The notes beneath the pieces are model-generated. The model was given only the letters and a program-made list of their open reading frames with translations. It was not told the DNA's origin and ran no database searches. The translations under genes were made by a program, and so were the position numbers. From Veleropilina oligotropha (taxonomy: Eukaryota): a stretch of 64,000 nt of DNA. Within the stretch, counting starts at the first letter, position 1. Every line of letters begins with the position of its first letter. Positions 55,177-64,000 of the stretch are shown here, one piece after another. Location of the stretch: the NCBI GenBank assembly GCA_048128005.1, contig JBEUKZ010000096.1:186001-250000 (forward strand). Direction: 5' to 3'.

Positions 55177-56865
55177 TAGTTAACAGATTAACCCACAAAA
55201 TTTGACTTTCAATGAACTACTCAACACTGGCAAAGTTAGCCAATATCTGTTGGCTGATTAAATGGTGATTCAGTGCTGTTCGTTTGAGGCGCGTAGTTGC
55301 GCTCGCGCCATAGCGCGCCTGAATCTGAATTTGCGGGAGTCAAAAGTTGCGCGCCTATAAACGATATGATAAATCAATAAATGGACTTGTAAAATCATGT
55401 TTAGTTTCATTTTCAATACTTTAATACAGCTAATATCATTTGCGACGTCGCTGCAATCTTCAACTATTATCCGACATCGACTTTGTCATGTTCTCGCAGC
55501 GAGTGTATAAAATACATGTTGACTATTTCCGTACATTGCCGATATGCGTTTTTCGGAGCCCTTCGGTGCTTTCTCGAACTGCTTATCGTCATTTAAATTA
55601 TTGTCGGCCATTTTTGCCATATTCCGGTTTTAAAACGAAGAGTCTTTAGCGACTTTCACGCTCACCACGCGGAGACCTTTTCACTGCTTCAGCAACATTT
55701 ACGACAAAATAAATATTTAAACACGGGAATAATAGCAGTTTTAGTAACCTAATGTAAACCTATTCTAAATATCCATCAGTGTTATTGTTGCCTATCAAAG
55801 AAATGTCTAGAATAATTACAAAGAATATATTACTTATTAATTAGCTAATTTAATTGTGAAAAGATTGGTTACATATTGTCTATGTAAACTAGATGTGGTT
55901 CAAATTTTGCATCATTTTATTTTGCATAACAGTCCAAGCCGATTTTAATATCATGGGCCACGTACAGTTGATATTTTAAATTTAAAGAATATCAACAATA
56001 TTAGCCAATTCCCCATATTAGTATAGTGTATAAAATTTATTCACATTATGACTAAATGGGCCTTAACACCGAAAATCGGTTTTTTTTTTACATATCGCTC
56101 ACCCAACTTCGTTTCTTTTAGGAGAGTCAATTGCTCTCCTCTACATTTTCAGGAGAATAATTTTTTACTCTCCTTCATTTTACAAACCATCAACACTGGT
56201 GATTTAAGCCTACATATAGCACATTACTGTCTTAGCAGTCCAGCCAATACATGTCAGCATCAATGCTCAATTAAATAAAAGATAAACAATCAAGAGGCTT
56301 TAATCTCCTTCCAACGATCAGGTATTTGCTAATACGTGTTACTAGGTTTCTAATAGGTTTCTAATAGCAGTCTTATAACTGCGCTATAGAAGTGTCCATC
56401 ATCATCAAACATCATACATAATATAATCTTAATGGAATTAAATACTGATGCCTGAATGCTAGGAAAGCAAACAACCTCTATATAATTATATTTATACACA
56501 ATTTGACAAATGCGCATTTTGACATGCATTTATTCATCAAATTGGAAACATTTAATCTCAAATATCATAAATTACATTAATACGCCAACAAAAGAACTTT
56601 GATCTGTGCACACTAAACTTGACAGATCATGTAAATTGGCAACAATGGTATGCCCCAAACACCTGTCAAACAAACTGAGCCAGAGATATAGCCAGCATGG
56701 ATACAACACAACAATAGGATTAAGCTTCCCATCCACCTCAGGAATGCTGAGTGACCTGTCCAGAATGTCATAGTCACTACAATGTACATGTTTATGTTTA
56801 CCTTCTCATTGTGTTCACACAAGTTGCATGTTGCATACAGTTTCAATGGTCACCTGTCACCTAAG

Positions 56866-57137
56866 GCGGAGGAGGAGGAATTATGCTTCATGTCCTGAAT
56901 ATTTATAACATCGAGGTTCAACTTCAAGGCAGGACATGTCCGTGTTATCGCGGGAGGAAACCCCGGTCGCCGGGTAAACCCGCCCTCTTCGGCCAGTCAC
57001 GGACATCTGTGCTTCATAACTTGAACAAATGTGTGCTGCCTCAGCCGGGGGTCGATCCCACTACTGTTCACGTCAGCGGAAACAAGCCAGTGAATTTAGA
57101 GTGGACACTCTACCCACTGCGCTACCGAAACGGCCTC
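56866..57137 (-). mobile_element. Best-preserved tRNA-SINE family A copy
   Basis: A box GGTAGCGCAGTGG, B box GGGATCGACCCC, V-domain-like GGGTTTACCCGGCGACCGGGGTTTCCTCCC, and a (TCC)n tail. Confidence 0.85.
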
Positions 57138-58194
57138 ACTTAAGGCCCCCTCATAGTTGGGTAATGATACTACATGTAATCGTATAAGGGTGTAGCTCTG
57201 AAGTCACTTGTATGGCAGCTGAGCTTTACATCATAGAAGTGGATTGGAATCCTCAACTTGGCAATTTAGCTTTCCATAACTTGTCGGTTTCACCGGATAA
57301 TCACTGACTTCCACCCACGATAATGTGAACATGTCTCAATTTGACAAAAATAATCTATAGATCACTCTATTAGAATATCGACTCATCATTCAAAAAAATT
57401 CATAATTGAAAACAAATAATTCATATGAATATACAATTTCATAACTCAATTTACAGAATCACAGTGTGGTATTAAATTGTTCAACTACATAATTATTTTA
57501 AATAAGTAGTGACTCCACTCCATCTACAAAGGTAGAAATTTCAAAATTTGCAATATGATTTTGACGATTTCCACTAGGTGATTAAATTCTGATTTGTCTG
57601 CATGCAACTTATTGAAACAGACTTAATTACACACAAATCATATCATCATATGCCATATATATACTATTAATTATAGATATATATGCATGACGAATAGGGG
57701 AGATAATTCACTGTCTTTTTCAAACAAAGTTAGTACTACATATATACTAAACTAAAACATTATCTGACGGTGGTGACTCTGATACAGACAGATATGAACG
57801 TTTATCGTGCACCCATGAGCTTTAGAAAATAACATGCGCCATCACGTTCGACTCAAGTGATGCATATAAACAAACAATTTGATGTTGAGGATAGTTCTAA
57901 GAAAATTGCAAATGTCTAGCAAAAGTCAGTGAATCTGAGCGGTGGTCAAGAAATACGTAAATAGGGAAAATGTGATAGCAGTCCCTCCTGACATAACATG
58001 TAGTACCTAGATGTTCGTTCATATCATAAAATTAAATAACAAATTTTATGACACAACTTTATGCATAAGCATTAACACCTACCTGGTGCATGGTACTGGC
58101 TGGCAACAAATTAACTGGGGACAGTTTAAAGTAAATCTTTTAATATTATTTATAGCGATAGAAAGTATTTCATAAGTGCTTAGCCTTGCATGTT

Positions 58195-58876
58195 CGTAAC
58201 CAAATGGGTGTATGGGTAGACAAGACATTCAAACCATCAAATCAATGTGCAGATTCAGCCAAAAAGGGAAATCAAATATTGGGAATGGTAAACAGAAACT
58301 TTAATTTTAAATCTAAAGCCATCATAACTCGCCTATACAAGCAAATGGTTAGACCGCATTTATTATATGCAGTGCAAGCATGGTGTCCATATCTTGCAAA
58401 GGATATCAATATTCTAGAACAAGTTCAAAGAGCCACAAAATTGATAGGAGAATTAAGGGAATTGCCATATGAGGACAGACTAAGAGCACTGAACCTCACA
58501 ACATTATCTTTGAGAAGGATAAGAGGTGATATGATTCAGGTGCTTAAAATGTTCACAGGAAAACACAACGTTGACAATAGTTTCTTTTTTCAGATGAACC
58601 AAAGACATACCAGGGGGCATCAATACAAGATTTACAAAAAGCGATTCCGACTCGACGTTAGAAAACACTTTTTCTCAAATCGGGTTGTCGATGAATGGAA
58701 TGCTCTTCCTAATAATGTAGTGGATTCAACATCTGTAAACCAATTTAAAAATCGCCTAGATGAGCATTTTAAGAAGCAGTGCAGGTTATAGAGGACAAGA
58801 CAACTTCAATGGGTTATTTATATGAGTTACAGTAATGTGCTTTCTAAACTCAAACAAATTATATTCTATTCTATTT
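58195..58876 (+). mobile_element. 5'-truncated CR1 LINE (ORF2 C-terminus)
   Basis: LYKQMVRPHLLYAVQAWCPY, YEDRLRALNLTTLSLRRIRGDMI, TRGHQYKI, RKHFFSNRVVDEWNALP, FKNRLD; (ATTCT)n tail. Confidence 0.92.
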
Positions 58877-58879
58877 AAT

Positions 58880-59105
58880 CTGTTCCACTCGATATGCTAT
58901 CACAACTCCCTCTGGGAGCATTAGTCATTTACACGCGGGTAGCGCCATGACTTACATAACTGCCAACCAGGTTACCCATTCAGATTGGCTGGGTGGACAG
59001 AGGCAAATATATGCTTATTTCATTGCCCGAGAGAAATCGCCGAGCTTTTGGGGCGAACCCGGGACTCTGTGACCAGAGTCATGTGAACAACCCAGCGAGC
59101 CACAA
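58880..59105 (-). mobile_element. SINE family B (Deu/Nin-like) copy
   Basis: Collinear with 6370-6580. Confidence 0.78.
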
Positions 59106-59174
59106 TGGCACAAGTAAGGACAACACACTAAATCATCTCAAACAAGAGTTAGACGATTGAACGTTGATACTCAC

Positions 59175-59769
59175 CAACTGCCGGTGCATCGTACGAGTCA
59201 CCGAGTAATATTTCTGGCGCCGAATAAGCTAACGAACCACAAGAAGTCTCTAGTTTTTTACCAGGATTAAACATGTTACTAAAACCAAAGTCAGTTAATT
59301 TTACAATGCCTAATTTTTCAAAGAACACAACGTTCTCTGGCTTCAGGTCTCTGTGCACGACATGCAACTGGTGGCAGTAAGATATGGCTTCCACAATCTG
59401 ACGAAAATACTTCCTGGAAGTGTTTTCTGCGATTCCCCGATCTTGCTTCATTATGTAATCATACATATCGCCTCCATCGCCAAGTTCTAATATCAAATAC
59501 AGTTTAGTCTGTGTATCTATCACCTCGTATAATCGTACAACATTGGGGTGTTGTACCAGCTTCATACACCTTACTTCCTGAAACAAATGTGTTTTAGAAA
59601 CGTCGTCTAGTTTTGTCTTATCTATGACTTTCACGGCCACTCGTTCACCAGTGAAAACATGTCGAGCCAGTTTGACGACGGCAAAATGGCCCCGACCTAT
59701 TGTATCTCCGAGGTCGTACAAGCCGGCTATTTTCCCGTCGTAATCGCCTTTTAGTTTCCTGCTTGCCAT
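59175..59769 (-). CDS. SNRK: SNRK coding exon 1 (kinase subdomains I-VIII)
   Basis: GRGHFA Gly-loop, [27 protein letters not shown]. Ends APAV-G followed by the donor gtgagt (phase 1). Confidence 0.97.
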
Positions 59770-59879
59770 CCTGTGCGATATCCCTGATTTGGATACAATC
59801 CTATATATTAGGAAATATAAATAAATTTGGCTTCATTGTAGCAGAAAGTTCACTTTTCATCACAAATCTAAACGAGCTG

Positions 59880-59990
59880 TTCGCATGCGCAACAACTAGC
59901 GCATGACGTCTCGTCATGTGACCTGATACTAATCTGGGTCGCCCAGTGGCCTAATTACGTATTACTGGGTCATAGAACTCTCGCGATGAA
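59880..59990 (-). promoter_or_regulatory. Candidate SNRK proximal promoter motif cluster
   Basis: CpG-containing patch 110-220 bp upstream of the ATG with an NRF1-like GCGCATGCGA (59881-90, minus strand), CRE-like TGACGTCT (59904), M-box/CLEAR-like GTCATGTGAC (59913-22) and TCTCGCGA (59979). The TSS is unknown. Confidence 0.35.
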
Positions 59991-60000
59991 TGGGATTAGC

Positions 60001-60464
60001 AAGGCGAATACTAGTACTAGGACACGTCACAGAGTCGAGACGATATGTTTTTTTGCTCTAACGTGGTACAATACTAACATTTATGCCGCCAATAAGAAAA
60101 ATATGCTTCTAGACAGTTTCAAAACTCTTCATAAATGTTTTAATGAATGTGTCTATGGTGCAAAATGCAACAATACCGTATAAGGCGAATACTAGGACAC
60201 GTCACAGAGTCAAGATAATATGTATTTTTGCTCTACGGGGTACAATCACAGTCCCTGGACGATACATCACAAAATGAAAGATAAAAATATCGATATTTTT
60301 ATTCTTTAATTTTGTGATGTATCCTCCAGGGACTGTGGTACAATACTGCATTTATGTCGCCAATAAGCAAAATATGCTTCTAGACAGTTTCAAAACTCTT
60401 CATAAATGTTTGGCTAAATGTTTTAATGAATGTGTCTATGCTGCAAAATGCAACAATACCGTAT
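60001..60464. repeat. ~180-bp tandem duplication; the second copy carries a MITE
   Basis: aaggcgaatactag..ggacacgtcacagagtc..gcaacaataccgtat occurs at 60001-60181 and 60182-60464. Confidence 0.88.
60247..60337. mobile_element. 91-bp P-element-like MITE, 7-bp TSD
   Basis: CACAGTCCCTGGA...TCCAGGGACTGTG, TSD GTACAAT; the empty site is present in the first duplicate copy. Confidence 0.85.
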
Positions 60465-60507
60465 AATACGGTATATCATCAATTAAAAACCATCCCCTTT
60501 CTTTATT

Positions 60508-60666
60508 CACAGTCCCCGACGATACGTCAAACAATAAAAATACCTAAATCGTCAGGCAGATGCCCCACATATTGATTGCTATATCACTATGTTATATAGC
60601 AATCAATAAGTGGGGCATCTGCCTGGCGATTGCGATATATTTTATGATGTATCATCGGGGGGACTG
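60508..60666. mobile_element. Related palindromic P-like MITE, 7-bp TSD
   Basis: CACAGTCCCC...GGGGACTG (last 2 nt missing), TSD CTTTATT. Confidence 0.78.
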
Positions 60667-60914
60667 CTTTATTTCAAGGACATCTTATTTTAGATAGCAG
60701 ATGTTTGAAAGAAATGCAAAATTCCCCAGCCTTACCAGACGACGATACTTCCACAGGTGTTTTTATTGACACCTCTTAAATTTTTGTGAAGTTGTTCATC
60801 TTTTAATAATATTAATATGTTAATTGTATTATGTAAATATCTAACTTTGATCTATGTGTATTTCAATCTTGTGAAAAATAAATTTGAATTGAATTAAAGA
60901 AATCTTAAGTAAAA

Positions 60915-63712
60915 ATAGACAGCCGCAGAGCTGTCGGGAACCCCAGCTTTATATAGCAATCGGACTGGCACTGCCATATAAAATCTGTGATCTTGACTTG
61001 ACAGTGGCTAAATACTGTGCTAGCTGTCCATCATGTAAAAGTTAGGATGAAAAAATAATAAAAATTCCGAAATAAAAAATGTCTAAATATGGAAAATTTT
61101 GTCAAAATCATAGGTCGTACACGGTAAATTATGTCGCAGCGCGCTATGGTACCTCAAGTAGGGTTAGAATATTAAATTTCCATAAGGTGGCATGTATATT
61201 TGCCAAGATATTGTCTGGACAAAACTTGCATCCTGGATTTTGTGTCAAAGATCACAATGGCAAGGCATGGTTCGTACAAAAATAGCCGCATGAAATTCAA
61301 GGACTATTTTTTCAATGCAAATCAATATATAATGTATGTGATATATGCAACTCGGAACAATGATAATTATAGGTACATGAATAAAAGGCACATTATTCAA
61401 CTTCGTGTTAAACTGGAAATAAAAATTATTATAAAATTTTAGGTGCGACTTCAGTGCACGTTCGCCCCTTTTAGCAATGTCGATCGTTTTGTTGCACAAC
61501 GCGCACATGGGTTTATGTTTGTCCGTTTTTACTTCCCGTACCCACGATGCATATTCCACCTGCGCAAGCCACTTTCTATTAAAAACGCATATCCGCTGTA
61601 AATTGTTGATTAAAATTATATTATTTACACGTTATTAGCAAAATTTCCTTCATATTTCGTGCGAATAAACAGATTGTCGGTCAAGTGAGACAACTTTTAT
61701 TGTCTGCTAGTTCAGAGACTCAACGGAAATCAACGAGTTAGTGTTAAACTTGACATTCACAAAAATCGGAGATTTCCGAATCTTTTTATTCTGTCGGAAT
61801 GAAAATCTGTACAGATAAATGGTGACCGACATCACCGCGAACGAAAACAGATGCAAGTACCATAAAGTTAATAAATATAACTAAGATATAGGAAGGCCAA
61901 AATATTAAAATAGTTACCATAATGATATTCAAGGACTATTCAAGACTGTTTGGTCATATTCAAGGACTTTTCAAGTTCATTTTCAAATTCAAGCACTTTT
62001 CATTATAGACAGTCAAATTCAAGTACTTTTCAAGGTTGTGCGAACCTTGCAAGGCCAAAGGTCGCACACGGAAAATTATATCGCCACGTGCTAGGGTAAG
62101 TCATGGTAATTAAGTTAGCATACCAAGTTTCATCAAGCTAACATATATACAAGCCGAGATATGATCCGGACAAAAGTTTAATCATATATTTTGGGTAAGG
62201 TCACAATGACAAGGTGAAAGGTCGCATACGGAAAATTATATCGCCATGCCCTAGGGTAGGTCATGGTAAGTTTTATTCTATATTTGGGTAAGGTCACACG
62301 GGCAAGGTCAAAGGTCGCTCACGGAAATTATGTCGCCATGGCACGCGCAAGAGTGGGCCAAGGTAAGTTAATATACAAAAGTTAATCAAGGTGGCATATA
62401 TAGCAGCCGAGATATTGTCAGGACAAAACTTGCATCCTGTATTTTGTGTCAAAGGTCACAACTGCAAAGTCAAAAGTCGCACACGGAAAATTATATCGCC
62501 ACGCACTAGGGTACGTCAAGGTAAGTTAGCATGCCAAGCCTCATGAAGCTGACATACATAAAAGCTGAGATATGATCCGGACAAAAGCTTCATCATATAT
62601 TTTGGGTACGGTCACAACGACAAGGTCAAAGATCTCGCATGAAAAATTATATCGCCATGCGCTAGGGTAGGTCATGGTAAGTTAGCAATCCAAGTTTCAT
62701 CAAACTGACATATATACAAGCCGAGATATGATCCAGACAAAAGCTTCATCATATAATTTGGGTAAGGTCACAAGGACAAGGTTAAAGGTCGCACATGGAC
62801 AATTATATCACCATGCGCTAGGGTAGGTCATGGAAAGTTGAAATACCAAGTTTCAAGAAGTTGACATACATACAATATGATCCGGACAAAAGCTCCATCA
62901 TATCTTTTGGGTAAGGTCACAACGACAAGGTCAAAGATCGCATACGGAAAATGATATCGCCATGCGCTTGGATAGGTTATGGTAAGTTAGCATACCAAGT
63001 TTCATAAAGCTGACATATATACAACCCGAGATATGATCTTGACAAACCATCATATATTTTGGGTAAGGTCACAAGGACAAGGTCAAAGGTCACATGCGGA
63101 AATTATATCACCATGCGCTAGGGTAGGTCATGGTAAGTTGGCATACCAAGTTTCATGAAGCTGACATATAAACAAGCCGATATATGATCCGGACAAAAGC
63201 TTCATCATATATTTTGGGTAAGGTCACAACGACAAGGTCAAAGATCGCATACGGAAATTATATCGCCATGCGATAGGGTAGGTTATGGTAAGTTAGCATA
63301 CCAAGTTTCATCAAGCTGACATATATACAACCTGAGATATAATCCTGACAAACGTTCATCATATATTTTGGGTAAGGTCATAACGACAAGGTCAAAGGTC
63401 ACACGCGGAAATTATATCACCATGCGCTAGGGTAGGTCATGGTAAGTTAGCATACCAAGTTTCATCAAGCTGACATATACACAAGCCGAGATATGATTCG
63501 GACAAAAGCTTCATCATATATTTTGGGTAAGGTCACAATGACAAGGTGAAAGGTCGCACACGGAAAATTATAATCGCCATTCGCTAGGGTAGGTCATGGT
63601 TAGTTGGCATACCAAGTTTCATCAAGCTGTCATACATACAAGCCGAGATATGATCCGGACAAATCCTCTGCCCGCCCGTCCACCCACCAGCCCGCCTCGG
63701 GTGATGACAATT
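60915..63712 (-). mobile_element. Helentron-type element carrying a ~154-bp satellite array (~11 units)
   Basis: ttgggtaaggtcaca recurs about every 153-155 bp from 62190 to 63535. A hairpin gacagc..gctgtc lies at 60918 and a GCCC/CCAC microsatellite at 63670. Confidence 0.8.
61266..62049 (-). mobile_element. hAT-like deletion derivative with 5-bp TSD and zinc-finger remnant
   Basis: Ends CATGGTTCGTACA / TGTGCGAACCTTG, TSD CAAGG, subterminal TTCAAG repeats, remnant CVFNRKWL..W..CALCNKTIDI..GERALKSH. Confidence 0.8.
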
Positions 63713-64000
63713 TAATCCATTTTGACCTACGTTTCCATTGTATTAACTGGAGATTATTTTTCACGAATCCACTGCTACAAAATCATTGTGTCTGCTTGAA
63801 ATACCAATTAAACAAGCGTTATGTGCATTAATTCCATGCTATGGACGATTCCATTCCAGAAAATGAGGAAAGCATGTTTAACGCACTATATAATCCAAAG
63901 AGGTAGATTTATCTGCGGACGAGTCCATTCTAGTACACTTGGACACTGAAAAGACAATATTAATTATTTTAACGCGTAGACAACATTTTTGCACTGACAA

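Noticed and set aside
55260..56066. Possible Kolobok-like relics (also near 2200 and 35820-36602)
   Set aside because: Only one TTAA-adjacent end was seen in each case, with no matching TIR.
62050..63660. Regular repeats as a CRISPR-like array
   Set aside because: Whole units repeat with no unique spacers, there are no cas genes, and the context is eukaryotic.

Overview
AT-rich, repeat-dense animal genomic DNA, probably a marine lophotrochozoan such as a mollusc judging by the repeat types (inference). The window holds one complete host gene, an SNRK (SNF-related, AMPK-family) kinase on the minus strand. It has six coding exons (59769-59175, 37137-36996, 34031-33825, 31679-31497, 21209-20805, 16492-15232) with GT-AG sites and matching phases, giving about 930 aa that end in CCSLI. 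The most notable insert is an 8.2 kb Academ (XPG-type) DNA transposon at 21784-29946, antisense in intron 4, with TAG...CTA ends and an AAT target-site duplication (TSD). Its ~1610-1620 aa transposase/XPG/Cys-rich ORF can be rebuilt by reverting one TGA codon and removing one nested element with a 6-bp TSD. Its ends are bipartite, with unequal spacers of 31 and 21 bp. The rest is layered mobile DNA: CR1-group and RTE LINE fragments, a deleted Tc1, at least three tRNA-SINE families, Helentron-type elements carrying satellites, a Helitron, and MITEs with 3, 5, 6, 7 and 8 bp TSDs. There are also several strong palindromes: a ~950 bp-arm foldback, a dumbbell-shaped element and a perfect 74-bp hairpin. 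No CRISPR array, rRNA or intact tRNA gene was seen. Family names come from motif recognition by eye, not database searches, and boundaries of old repeats are approximate.
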